This document shows positions 40,566 to 49,774 of a DNA stretch of 49,908 nucleotides, in pieces. The DNA comes from Deltaproteobacteria bacterium. GTDB taxonomy: Bacteria > Desulfobacterota > Syntrophia > Syntrophales > Smithellaceae. The notes beneath the pieces are model-generated. The model did not search any database, had not been told where the DNA came from, and saw only the letters and a list, made by a program, of their open reading frames with translations. The position numbers and the translations under genes were made by a program. The stretch lies in NCBI GenBank assembly GCA_022711575.1, contig JAKLES010000002.1, positions 1-49,908 on the forward strand, written 5' to 3'. Position 1 is the stretch's first letter, and every line of letters starts with the position of its first letter.

Positions 40566-43500
40566 TCACAAAAGATTTTGAGGTTCGGTTACAAACTCGG
40601 CTTCAACCAAAATAGGAGAAAGTAATGTTTCACTTTTCTCTGCAACTCTCATCCATAAAGGACCAACTCCCCCCTCGTCAATCTGCTCACCTAGTGCTGC
40701 CGCAGCAAAAGCCGCAGGCTCTACTCCAGATCCAGAAATACCTGTTCGTAAACAACGAAATACATAGCGACTTCTAGCAGATTGTATATAATCTCCGTAA
40801 GTATAATCTGTGTTTTTTGTCCAATAACCTGCTCCAACCTCAGCAACAATCCAAGAAGCAGTCCCGTCTGTTACTGTTTCCCCAATAACAGCGTTTGCAA
40901 TACTTGCAGGTTCTGAACTTGCTGTTGTTCCAGCAGTTGTGCAAACTAACAACTTCGTTCTGTCTGAACTTACTGCTCCATCAGCAAGAAGATAACCAGT
41001 AGAGTCGTTGCGAATTGCAGGAAGAACCCTCTCAATCAACCAAGTAACAGTTCCATCAGTCTCAGAAGTTCCCTGTGCAGCAGTTGCAATCGCAGCAGGC
41101 TCGCTAGAATTAGAAACTCCAGCAGTTGTGCATTTTAAAACTCTTGTCTCGCAGGCAGATAGTGCTCTTGAACCAACAGGATAATAAACTGAATTTACTC
41201 TGTCGAAAGGAGCAATCTTGTTTCCAGTTTCCCAAACAGGGTCAATAGAGACAAGTGTCCAAGCAACGGTGTTATCCCCAACAGGATGTGTAAGTAGTTC
41301 AGCAGTTCCTAGTAACGGAGGAACTGTTCCCGCTGTGACTCCTCCGGAGGAAGTGTAATAGATCCTAGTGATACCTCCATAAGTATAGCGTAGAAATGTT
41401 CTAGGATAAACAGTAAGTGCGTTGCTCCAGGTAATTCCTGCACAATAATGTCCTCCGCGTTCAGCATCAGAATGTAGAGCAATTCTTACTGTTCCTTCTT
41501 GTGGCCAAGTTACAGACAAGTCAGTTTCTATAAACCCATCACTTATTAGCTTTGCAAGATCTGTAAATGTCCAACTACTGTCAGTAGAACCAGAGGGACG
41601 TTGAACTGCCGCAGGCAACATTCTCAAATGCCAAGAAGTTGCTGCGATAAAATTCTGTCTATCAAACCCATCTCTCCTAGCAATTCTCATATAACCAGAA
41701 GCCCACCCCCATCCTGCAACTTGTTTTGCATCCTGAAACATCACGTGTTGAGAAAGAACTAAATTTCTAAGCCTCTTAAAAGGCACATAAGGACTGTCTG
41801 GAGATAATACTACTGGATAATCTAAACCTCCGAAATCCCTAGGATAGAGAATTGCAAGGCTTTTGTTTCTTGAGGCAAGCTCAAAAGAATTAGGACGAAC
41901 TCTACCACCATAAAGGTAGAAAGACTCATTGTCACTCTCATTGCTTTCTGCCCAATAGACTTTAAAATTCTTAACTTCTATGTAAGTTTCATAATCTGCA
42001 AATCCATAACCTGCTTCAATATCAGGAGTTAGTGAAGTCCAGACTGGAGGAGTTCCTATTGGATACATATTAGTATTATCTGTGTAGTTATTCCAAGCAA
42101 AGAAAAACCTATCTCCCTCTCCGAGGGAAAATGCCATAGGAATAGCAACACGCATTCCACCATAAGGAGCAGCAGTAGCACCTTGCAACGGGGGACAGTG
42201 CAGATCCTTCATCCAAATAATCTGATTCCACCGATTCATAATTCCAAACACAAGCTGTTTTGTGGACCTCCACAATCTATCTACTTGTCCTTGAATTCGC
42301 AAGTCGTCAACAATTGCCTGGACTTCAAAACAAACCATAATCTTATGATTTGTTCCACTTACAGAAGGATGAATTGGGTAGGTTATTTTATGATACCTAG
42401 CAACCTCGCCACTTCCAGTAAAGATAAACCTTATCCCATTTTCAATCTGAGTATATCTTCCTACTGCATTGCTAAGAACTGACCAGTTGTTTATGTCATT
42501 CATCCCAGTTGCTACATTTGTGAGACGAATACAAATCCACTCGATATGATTATCAGTAATAATATCACCAAGTGCAGCAGAGGCAAAAGCAGCTGGCTCA
42601 GAACTTCCGCAAAGCCCATCAGGATTAAGATGTTGATAAACTTGAAACACCCTCCCGGAGGAAGCTATAACTTGCGAATTTAGTGCGTTATAAGAATTTG
42701 GAACATAACTAGCATAATAAGCATAATAGGGTTGCCCAAAAAGCGGGATTGCGTATCCATACTTTCCACTAAATATCTCATAACCTGTGCGCGGAAACTC
42801 TTTCCCATTAATAGTCACAGTATCATACTCTGTAACAGTTTCCTTCCCACAAACAACAGCTCGCCAGTCGAGAGTTCCATTGATTACAAGTTTCCCGAGA
42901 AACTCATGACTAACCCAAATATGTGAACCCTGCACTCCAGGTTCAGCAGTAGATCCATAACGATTATTGTCTCGTAGATTTAACCCATCAATAACAACTT
43001 TTGTTTGTGGAAACCCGGCGTGAATAAGAATTGCAGTAGTTGCAGGTCCAACAATAGTAAGACCAGTGATAGATATTCCATTTGTTCCTGGGTTTAACCA
43101 AAGTTGTGGATGATTTCCTGGGTGCCATCCAAAAGTTCTCCTCTGCCACATAGGGAGAGAGGTAAGTGTTCTGTATGGGATGTCTGCAAATGTTCCCCAT
43201 CCCCAATTAACATGAGTATTTATTGAGATGTTTGCGAGGTTACAAAACTTGTTTGCAGAGATGTGAATAGGTTGACATGCAGAGTCAATAATAATATTAG
43301 TTAAATCCATCCAAGTAGAAACACTCCACAATCCCTCGTAAACTCCCCAGGTAACTAGGTTTGAAGCTACAAAACCATCAACATTTCCAAGCAACAAACT
43401 ACAACCCTCCCTTATTCTATGCTCAATAGGAGAGTCGTAGAGATAATTAAAGGTCTTTGCTGTTGTGAAATCAGGATAGGGATATTTATATGCCATTATC

Positions 43501-44840
43501 CCAGTGTCAAAATACATTGAAATATTATGCCAGAAGCTTTCAAGTCCTGAAAATATTAAAACAATGCTTCTGTGAATAGACATAATATGAATATTGGAAA
43601 CATAATTAAGTCCAATACCATTAGAAGTTCCTCGGATACCTACATAGCAATTATACAATGCAACATTAAATAAAGAAGTTGCAAATCCTAATAAGATTGC
43701 TGGAGCACAAACATACAAAATTGTTTTGCTTCTGGAAGTGTCATACTGATCACGATAAAACACGGAAAGATTCCCTGCACTACATCCAGGTCCAGCAAGA
43801 ACAATACAACTGCGTCTTACATAAGACTTGTTAGTAGTTCCATCAAGATTTGAACTTATCCTAGCTGTAAATAATGTATGTTCATAATCCGCGGAGGGAT
43901 CATGTTCATCGTCATCAATAAGTCCAGAACCTCCTGCTTGGCCTAGATAACAATTCTGAGCACAAGAATTGTCTAAAATCCAATCAAGCACAGTTCCTTT
44001 TACAAGTTCTGTGTAATTTGTTGGACTATCTGTTTTACCAGCGCAAGGGGCTTGAAATTGATTTCCTTGCAGATGCGCTCCAGACAAAACAAACACAGAA
44101 CGATTTAAAATTCCATGAGAAGCAGGAACAAAAATAATAGAAGACCTATTAGTTCTTCCATAAGCTGTTAGACAAGCTTCTTGGATTGCAATCCAATCAA
44201 TTTGATCTGTAATTGCAATAGCTCCAAGAGCGGAAGTAGTATAATAACTGTGGGTTAAAGGATATGCTGCTTGAATCTCAGTAAGACTTGCAAACCTCTC
44301 GCTAAGAGGGTGTTCATTTCCATCTCCAATATATCCATAAAGCCTAACGTCGATAACTTGATCCGCAGTCGCGAGGGACTGAACAGGCAACACCCCTTGG
44401 GATCTAAGTCTTGCAGCTTCAGTATCTAGGTTTGTATCTTCTGTGAATCTTGTTTGATCTATTGTTACTGTGAAGTTTTCTTGCAAGTATAAATTTACAA
44501 GCCTTTCAATTTCTGAAGCATTCGTAATCCTCCAATGAGTTCCACTAAGCTGTATATCATCAGAAGCAGTTGACTCATCCCAAACATAAGTTAGAACTTC
44601 TGTAGGTTGAGAGGCTCCATCAACTTTAATGCGTTTCCAAATATAATTATAGTATTTCGCCCCTGTAGGGATGTCAGGAACACTAGCTGTGCCGCTCCAA
44701 GTATCAGTAGAGACTACAATGATTCCTCGGGAAGCCCCGGGAGTAGCTGCATCAACAAGTTGATTTAACTCAGAAGCATTAAATCGTTGCCTTCCAGTAA
44801 AATCAACACCTTTTCTTAAGTCTTGTGCTGAGATAGTCAT
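40566..44840 (-). CDS. Tailspike / fibre protein with a pectate-lyase-like beta-helix and C-terminal repeat domains
   Basis: 1424 aa. RLYGYIGDGNEHPL..IQEACLTAY..IIFVPASHGILNRSVFVLSGAHLQGN resembles the start of glycosidase / tailspike beta-helices. The C-terminus carries repeated C-x-T-A-G-x-S-x-S-E-P-A..G..DG...W modules. Confidence 0.65.
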   Translation of the reverse strand: MTISAQDLRKGVDFTGRQRFNASELNQLVDAATPGASRGIIVVSTDTWSGTASVPDIPTGAKYYNYIWKRIKVDGASQPTEVLTYVWDESTASDDIQLSGTHWRITNASEIERLVNLYLQENFTVTIDQTRFTEDTNLDTEAARLRSQGVLPVQSLATADQVIDVRLYGYIGDGNEHPLSERFASLTEIQAAYPLTHSYYTTSALGAIAITDQIDWIAIQEACLTAYGRTNRSSIIFVPASHGILNRSVFVLSGAHLQGNQFQAPCAGKTDSPTNYTELVKGTVLDWILDNSCAQNCYLGQAGGSGLIDDDEHDPSADYEHTLFTARISSNLDGTTNKSYVRRSCIVLAGPGCSAGNLSVFYRDQYDTSRSKTILYVCAPAILLGFATSLFNVALYNCYVGIRGTSNGIGLNYVSNIHIMSIHRSIVLIFSGLESFWHNISMYFDTGIMAYKYPYPDFTTAKTFNYLYDSPIEHRIREGCSLLLGNVDGFVASNLVTWGVYEGLWSVSTWMDLTNIIIDSACQPIHISANKFCNLANISINTHVNWGWGTFADIPYRTLTSLPMWQRRTFGWHPGNHPQLWLNPGTNGISITGLTIVGPATTAILIHAGFPQTKVVIDGLNLRDNNRYGSTAEPGVQGSHIWVSHEFLGKLVINGTLDWRAVVCGKETVTEYDTVTINGKEFPRTGYEIFSGKYGYAIPLFGQPYYAYYASYVPNSYNALNSQVIASSGRVFQVYQHLNPDGLCGSSEPAAFASAALGDIITDNHIEWICIRLTNVATGMNDINNWSVLSNAVGRYTQIENGIRFIFTGSGEVARYHKITYPIHPSVSGTNHKIMVCFEVQAIVDDLRIQGQVDRLWRSTKQLVFGIMNRWNQIIWMKDLHCPPLQGATAAPYGGMRVAIPMAFSLGEGDRFFFAWNNYTDNTNMYPIGTPPVWTSLTPDIEAGYGFADYETYIEVKNFKVYWAESNESDNESFYLYGGRVRPNSFELASRNKSLAILYPRDFGGLDYPVVLSPDSPYVPFKRLRNLVLSQHVMFQDAKQVAGWGWASGYMRIARRDGFDRQNFIAATSWHLRMLPAAVQRPSGSTDSSWTFTDLAKLISDGFIETDLSVTWPQEGTVRIALHSDAERGGHYCAGITWSNALTVYPRTFLRYTYGGITRIYYTSSGGVTAGTVPPLLGTAELLTHPVGDNTVAWTLVSIDPVWETGNKIAPFDRVNSVYYPVGSRALSACETRVLKCTTAGVSNSSEPAAIATAAQGTSETDGTVTWLIERVLPAIRNDSTGYLLADGAVSSDRTKLLVCTTAGTTASSEPASIANAVIGETVTDGTASWIVAEVGAGYWTKNTDYTYGDYIQSARSRYVFRCLRTGISGSGVEPAAFAAAALGEQIDEGGVGPLWMRVAEKSETLLSPILVEAEFVTEPQNLL
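40650..41135 (-). repeat. Three tandem ~50-60-aa repeat modules in the tailspike C-terminus
   Basis: The modules are KCTTAGVSNSSEPAAIATAAQGTSETDGTVTWLI, VCTTAGTTASSEPASIANAVIGETVTDGTASWIV and FRCLRTGISGSGVEPAAFAAAALGEQIDEGGVGPLWM. The DNA echo ccagcagttgtgca appears near 40930 and 41112. A fourth, diverged copy (GLCGSSEPAAFASAALGDIITDNHIEWICI) lies mid-protein. Confidence 0.6.
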
Positions 44841-44845
44841 AGTAA

Positions 44846-45193
44846 TTATTCAATATCACTGTCGCCAGTATCGCCTTCAATAGTGGTAGAAAGATTTGAT
44901 AAAATCAAACCTTTGAGAAACACTGTAGGATTAGTTGAAGAAAACCACTGCCTAAGCTCTTGCCTGCTAAGTATTACTAATGTTCGGTCTACGATTTTCC
45001 CAGAGACGTTGTATATTTCGACGTTGAATTGCGCAGTCCGGTTTAGTGCAAGCTCTCCCGATGTTACACGCAACGTCGAACCATTAAGGTTAGCATTCGG
45101 TTTAACCTTAAATAGCGCTTCGCGCACAAATGTGTTTTGCGCTAGAACACCTATTGATACTAAAACCAAGATTATGATGAACAGTTTTTTCAT
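44846..45193 (-). CDS. Small secreted protein
   Basis: 115 aa with signal peptide MKKLFIIILVLVSIGVLAQ. The gene is CpG-rich, unlike the genome core. Confidence 0.55.
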   Translation of the reverse strand: MKKLFIIILVLVSIGVLAQNTFVREALFKVKPNANLNGSTLRVTSGELALNRTAQFNVEIYNVSGKIVDRTLVILSRQELRQWFSSTNPTVFLKGLILSNLSTTIEGDTGDSDIE

Positions 45194-45194
45194 G

Positions 45195-46868
45195 TTATTG
45201 AGTGATTGTGTTCGTGATAAATAATCCGTTTTTAAAAGACCATACGTTAGTAATCATGCCTGAGTCGTCAGAAGTTCTTGTATAATTTGTAAACGTCATT
45301 GTTCCCCCCAATGACCCATCGTTTGATAGGTAGTTAGTTCCACGAACAACAGTTGCGTAATTTGTTCCGGCAACATAGCTATTGCCATCAACGACAATGT
45401 TGTTATCACCTGGGTTGCTTGTTCCACCCACATGCAAGCCTCCATTCGGAATTGAAAGATATGGAGCTGATCCAGAGAATAAATACATCCCATTTTTTGA
45501 GTCTGCAACGCTATACCAAGTCAAATAGGTGGCTACATCTGCCCCGAAAGAACCAAATACCCACTTGTTTGTGCCATTGGAAGCCATAACAAGTCCTGCC
45601 GCAGTTCCATCGAAGCAATCAGAATAATAATATGCGCCTCCTGCGGCTGTTGTCTTGAGTCTAGCTCCCATCGTGCCGGTGCTTTGAAGATCAAGATAAT
45701 ATGGATATGTCGGAGAACACTCTCTCAGAATGTAACCATCCACTAATACATTATTGTCACCTGGATCACTATCACCTCCAACGTGCAGCCCACCATTGAT
45801 TGCCACTTTCGCGGCTGGGCTTGTGGTGCCGAATCCTGTTGCGGTGGCTCCGAAGTAGTTCTTATCATTGCCGCTTTCGTAAACACCCCACAACGTTCCA
45901 ACTGTTCCACCAGCCCTAGATCCCTCAATCATTAATCCGTAAGAATTATTCACAGTCCCAGGACTGGTGGCATCAAGACCATGCTTTATGTATTTTCCAT
46001 ACAAATACTCAGCTACCCCTAAATGGTTGGCATTGTCGATTGCAGCATTGACATATGAACCAAATATCCTGCCGCTATTTGTCGCTCCAGTTCCAACATA
46101 GGAGCTATTCAAAATTGTAAATGATCCATACCAATTTAAGGATGAATTTGTTGTAACTCCAAAGATGGAGGAATTATACAATCCATAGGAATCAGACGTT
46201 GGATTTATGAATGACTTTCCTAAGTATAATGAAATGCGATTTAGCGGAGTAATGCCAATACCAACATTACCATCAACCAATAGATTGTTGTCTCCAGCAG
46301 CACCAATTGCAGTTCCAATATGCCACCCGCCATCAACACCATAATTAGCTCCACTCTTTAGGATTGTTGAATCTCCTATTGAATTTGTTGAAATATAAAT
46401 TGGCAGATAACCAGAAGTTCCAGCAGCTATTGCAACATTGGCATTCGTTGTGTTTTCACTCAATGCTAAAGCCGAACGCCATGCTGCGGCAGTTGTATTC
46501 GTCGTTTGCTCGCCAAGAGCAAGTGCAGATCTCCAACCTAATGCTGTCGTGTTGGTTACTTGTTCCCATAGCTCTAATCCATCTCTCCAACCATAGGCGT
46601 TAGCATTAGTAAGCTGCGAGGCACTAAAGGAAGTTATCGTATTTGTAAAACCTGTGATGGTATTTGTAAAACTAACATAATTTGTCATGTTAGCATACAA
46701 CTCATCAAAGTTATCGTTAACTTTTCCAAATGCTGTATATAAAGTATCTCCAGTTCCTCCTCCGGCGGGGGAGTTGTTAATTACTTGCTGCGTCGCGTAA
46801 CTTAACCCACAAACAACAAACACACCAAGTGTTGCAATAATTTTGTTTCTCATATTATTATCCTTCAT
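45195..46868 (-). CDS. Tail fibre protein with an N-terminal hydrophobic anchor / signal
   Basis: 557 aa. It has fibre-type repeats TNTTALGWRSALALGEQTTNTTAAAWRSALALSEN. The motif GGLHVGG[DT]S[DN]PGDNN[VI][LV]VDG occurs twice in full, plus a degenerate third copy (GDNNLLVDGNVGIG). The N-terminus is NKIIATLGVFVVCGLSYATQ. Confidence 0.65.
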   Translation of the reverse strand: MKDNNMRNKIIATLGVFVVCGLSYATQQVINNSPAGGGTGDTLYTAFGKVNDNFDELYANMTNYVSFTNTITGFTNTITSFSASQLTNANAYGWRDGLELWEQVTNTTALGWRSALALGEQTTNTTAAAWRSALALSENTTNANVAIAAGTSGYLPIYISTNSIGDSTILKSGANYGVDGGWHIGTAIGAAGDNNLLVDGNVGIGITPLNRISLYLGKSFINPTSDSYGLYNSSIFGVTTNSSLNWYGSFTILNSSYVGTGATNSGRIFGSYVNAAIDNANHLGVAEYLYGKYIKHGLDATSPGTVNNSYGLMIEGSRAGGTVGTLWGVYESGNDKNYFGATATGFGTTSPAAKVAINGGLHVGGDSDPGDNNVLVDGYILRECSPTYPYYLDLQSTGTMGARLKTTAAGGAYYYSDCFDGTAAGLVMASNGTNKWVFGSFGADVATYLTWYSVADSKNGMYLFSGSAPYLSIPNGGLHVGGTSNPGDNNIVVDGNSYVAGTNYATVVRGTNYLSNDGSLGGTMTFTNYTRTSDDSGMITNVWSFKNGLFITNTITQ

Positions 46869-47592
46869 CAGATGCTAAAATCGTTGTTGAATCCGCAGTT
46901 ATTGATGTTGAGTCCGCAGTAATTCCTGAACCATTCGAATACCAAGCAGAACAGAGAGAAAAAGTGTTAGGCAAGCCAAAAAGAGGATCAGAAAATGTCC
47001 CATCAGCATCGGCAGTTATGTCAACACTATCAGCAGTAATAAATAAGTTGTCAGCAGTAATAGAAGTTACTCCATTTATATAAAGAGAATCTTCACAAAC
47101 AGTAACATTTGACACAGCAAAATCTGTAAAATCATGACAACTAGAAGGATAAAGTAACTTATTAAGCTGTAGAAGAATTGGAACTACACTTGTGAAAGAT
47201 GTGTATAAAAAACTGCTCCAAAGTTCCAAGCAGCAATGAGGGCCAATAATTTCCCCTGCATAGTCTGGAACAAACAATGAAGTTTCTCCTACAGCACTGA
47301 AAAGTTTATATCTATAAACTGTATGCCCTACTCTCCATCTAATACAAAGACTAAAATTTAACGCTGTTGCAAGTCTTTTTAATTGTTTCCAGCCAATAAA
47401 TCTAAAACTCCAGGGAAGCATGTAGTTTATTTGATAACAAATAACTGAAGCTCCTATCCAATCTGGCCTAGATAGAGAGATTGCTGGAATTACAAGAAAA
47501 GTTTTTAACTTCTTGCAATTAGGTGCAAGCAATCTAGTAGTTTGGATATCTACCAATGTTGCGGAGGTTCTTGCAAAAGGTTGTCCAATCAT
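46858..47592 (-). CDS. Trp/Cys/Phe-rich protein with five ITAD peptide repeats
   Basis: 244 aa. The C-terminal third contains SITADNLFITADSVDITADADG and GITADSTSITADST, encoded by near-identical 12-mers at 46891-47061. Confidence 0.5.
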   Translation of the reverse strand: MIGQPFARTSATLVDIQTTRLLAPNCKKLKTFLVIPAISLSRPDWIGASVICYQINYMLPWSFRFIGWKQLKRLATALNFSLCIRWRVGHTVYRYKLFSAVGETSLFVPDYAGEIIGPHCCLELWSSFLYTSFTSVVPILLQLNKLLYPSSCHDFTDFAVSNVTVCEDSLYINGVTSITADNLFITADSVDITADADGTFSDPLFGLPNTFSLCSAWYSNGSGITADSTSITADSTTILASDEG

Positions 47593-47634
47593 AAATAAAG
47601 AGGGTTAGGAAAAAGCACTTAAAACCTAACCCTC
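47591..47634 (-). terminator. Intrinsic terminator candidate after the lipoprotein gene
   Basis: On the minus strand GAGGGTTAGG (47634-47625) pairs with CCTAACCCTC (47609-47600) across a 15-nt loop. TTTATTTAT follows and runs straight into the next ATG (47592). Confidence 0.5.
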
Positions 47635-47635
47635 A

Positions 47636-47899
47636 TTATGGAGCCACAGGAACAGCAGCTTTAACAGCAGCAGCAACAGCAGCTTCCACAGCGATTTTTA
47701 TAGCTTCAACTTGGTCATTGGAATAACCTTCCATCTTGACAACTTTTAGTCCATCTTTAGATTCTACCTCAAGTTTGCCGATAGAAAGCTTGTTTCCAAA
47801 TGAAGTTCGAGAGAATTTAGTCTCAGCATCCTCATAGTTAATAGTTGAACACCCAGTTAGAATACTAACTGCCATTATTACTGTTAAGTGTTTTTTCAT
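47636..47899 (-). CDS. Small lipoprotein (possible outer-membrane spanin or exclusion protein)
   Basis: 87 aa. MKKHLTVIMAVSILTGCST has a lipobox (L-T-G-C). Confidence 0.6.
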   Translation of the reverse strand: MKKHLTVIMAVSILTGCSTINYEDAETKFSRTSFGNKLSIGKLEVESKDGLKVVKMEGYSNDQVEAIKIAVEAAVAAAVKAAVPVAP

Positions 47900-48413
47900 A
47901 AACTAAAAATGGTGACATACTTAGTAAACCAGGGGAAACCTCCCAAGGTTCACATCTCTCAAGTAACTTTAAACCTCCTTTTTGCAATGCTGCAAAAACA
48001 AGCTCCGAACAGAACCACTTTCCTTTAGACTTCCTACTTTCTTGTCTTCGTGAAATAAATCTGCAAACTGAGGAGTAGTCATATTTTTTTCCTTTTTGGG
48101 CTTCAATAAACTCCAGAATTTTTGCATAGTCAAAATCACCACTAATCCTAAACACATCCACTTCACAAGTGAAAGTAGGATTATCAACGAATATAATTCC
48201 TTTTCCATATTGAGACTCACATAGTAGGTTTCTTGAAACAAACCACAAAGAAGCGTGAGAATAAACAGACCTAGTTTGCCACCTAATAAGCTGGCTAATA
48301 AATCCAGGACTTTTATACAAAACAACTTTCACTTGCCTAAAAGTTCCAGAAGTTTTTGCCCCACTAGTGCAAGTATCCCACCACCCAAGGCCATTGCTCC
48401 CTTCCCATACCAC
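47865..48413 (-). CDS. Permuted papain-fold (NlpC/P60-related, YiiX / C92-like) peptidase, probable endolysin
   Basis: It shows SVYSHASLWF (His region), QKGKKYDYSS and KWFCSELVFAAL (catalytic-Cys region), in the order typical of the permuted family. The start is probably the GTG at 48332, which overlaps the upstream TGA, rather than the track ATG. Confidence 0.55.
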   Translation of the reverse strand: MVWEGSNGLGWWDTCTSGAKTSGTFRQVKVVLYKSPGFISQLIRWQTRSVYSHASLWFVSRNLLCESQYGKGIIFVDNPTFTCEVDVFRISGDFDYAKILEFIEAQKGKKYDYSSVCRFISRRQESRKSKGKWFCSELVFAALQKGGLKLLERCEPWEVSPGLLSMSPFLVYEKTLNSNNGS

Positions 48414-48688
48414 GACAACCTTTCAAGGCTCGAAATCCTATCAGAAAGCACTTTCTGTTCTTTCTCACAATCCCTTTTACACAACTCGAAAGCAGCACAC
48501 AAGGTATTTAACCTTGGCAATGCTCCTGTTGTCCCATCAAGTTTCCCCACTAACACTTCAGTGAGTTGTTTTAAAGAATCTGTTTGTTGCTTTAATTGCA
48601 ACTCCATAGCCTCCATTCGATCTATAAGTGCTTTAAACGCGGATGGCGTTATCATTTCTTCTGGCATAAGATTACTTGGAAGTTTCAT
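48329..48688 (-). CDS. Coiled-coil protein with a C-terminal TM segment (lysis-cassette partner?)
   Basis: 119 aa, helical, with the C-terminal GAMALGGGILALVGQKLL. It lies directly upstream of the peptidase. Confidence 0.45.
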   Translation of the reverse strand: MKLPSNLMPEEMITPSAFKALIDRMEAMELQLKQQTDSLKQLTEVLVGKLDGTTGALPRLNTLCAAFELCKRDCEKEQKVLSDRISSLERLSWYGKGAMALGGGILALVGQKLLELLGK

Positions 48689-49586
48689 TCACAGATCCTA
48701 GTGAGTTTACTAACACATGAACATCAAAGTCCAGAAAACCAAGTCCATAGTCAAGATTGTCTGAAGCATTTGAATTGCGTCTTTTTAGTTCTCCTATAAA
48801 CTGCGAAGAAATTCCTTGTCCTGAGTTTGTAATTGTCCCCAAGTCTATTAAAAAATGTGTGCAGGAGTTTGTTGGAACAGCATTAGTAACTATAATTATA
48901 CTATCATTAGTCACAGATTGTCCTATTCCAATCCATCTATATTCTAAACTAAATACTACGTTTGAAGATGCTGTGAGTTGGTTAGTGGTTATACAATGGA
49001 TATGAGGTTTGATATTTGAACCCTCAACATAAGAATGAGGAAATTGGAAAGTAAAAGTCGCTCTGTCTTCTGTTGATCCTCCTCCTTGGAATATTCTTAC
49101 TTGGAGGTTAGTAGAGCCTGTAAGATACTGAAAAGCTGGCTCGGAGGGACCAGATGGAACACTAGAAGCACTTATTGTAACATCATCCCAATTTGTTTGC
49201 AGAACAAGGGAAACTCCATCATAGGCAAAATCATTAGTATCAACAGACCCTCGGGCAATATAATTCGAAAGTGTAAGTCCAGTATAGTTTGTTACAAAAG
49301 ATTTATCTGCAAAGCTGGAAAGCTGCGAGGAAAGGTCAAGAAAATCCACATAGTTTGTTTCTCTATATCCTCCGAAAAATTCCACATTTACATTTGTAAG
49401 CATCCAGTTAGTATTTACACTAAGAATACCTCCAGAAAAACTTAGCAGATTAGTGTCTATTGAAGTCGCACTAAGTGTATTTGTTCGCAGATAATTTGAA
49501 ACAGAATTATAGGTCATAAGTGGACCTATGTCATTTGTTGCTCCCAGGAGGGATAATGGAAATAGAAAAAGAAAAAACTTTTTCAT
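48672..49586 (-). CDS. Secreted protein, beta-rich, function unknown
   Basis: 304 aa with signal peptide MKKFFLFLFPLSLLGATN. Confidence 0.55.
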   Translation of the reverse strand: MKKFFLFLFPLSLLGATNDIGPLMTYNSVSNYLRTNTLSATSIDTNLLSFSGGILSVNTNWMLTNVNVEFFGGYRETNYVDFLDLSSQLSSFADKSFVTNYTGLTLSNYIARGSVDTNDFAYDGVSLVLQTNWDDVTISASSVPSGPSEPAFQYLTGSTNLQVRIFQGGGSTEDRATFTFQFPHSYVEGSNIKPHIHCITTNQLTASSNVVFSLEYRWIGIGQSVTNDSIIIVTNAVPTNSCTHFLIDLGTITNSGQGISSQFIGELKRRNSNASDNLDYGLGFLDFDVHVLVNSLGSVNETSK

Positions 49587-49774
49587 ATAGATAATTTACT
49601 AATATGCTCCTCGCTCATGCCGTGCTCACGCAGCACAGCCCTGGCGACCTTGCGCCGGTCGGTTTCGGAGTCGGAGATAGAATCCATCTTGGCAGAGCTG
49701 ATTTTGGACTTCTGCTTGAGAAAGTCTTTGATCTTCTTGACCTCGGCCTTGTCGAGTTTGGTGTCTTTAGCCAT
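49583..49774 (-). CDS. Small charged protein in the G+C-rich island
   Basis: 63-aa ORF. Its stop overlaps the ATG of the downstream gene (ATGA), and its ATG overlaps the stop of the upstream ORF (ATGGCTAA). Confidence 0.5.
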   Translation of the reverse strand: MAKDTKLDKAEVKKIKDFLKQKSKISSAKMDSISDSETDRRKVARAVLREHGMSEEHISKLSI

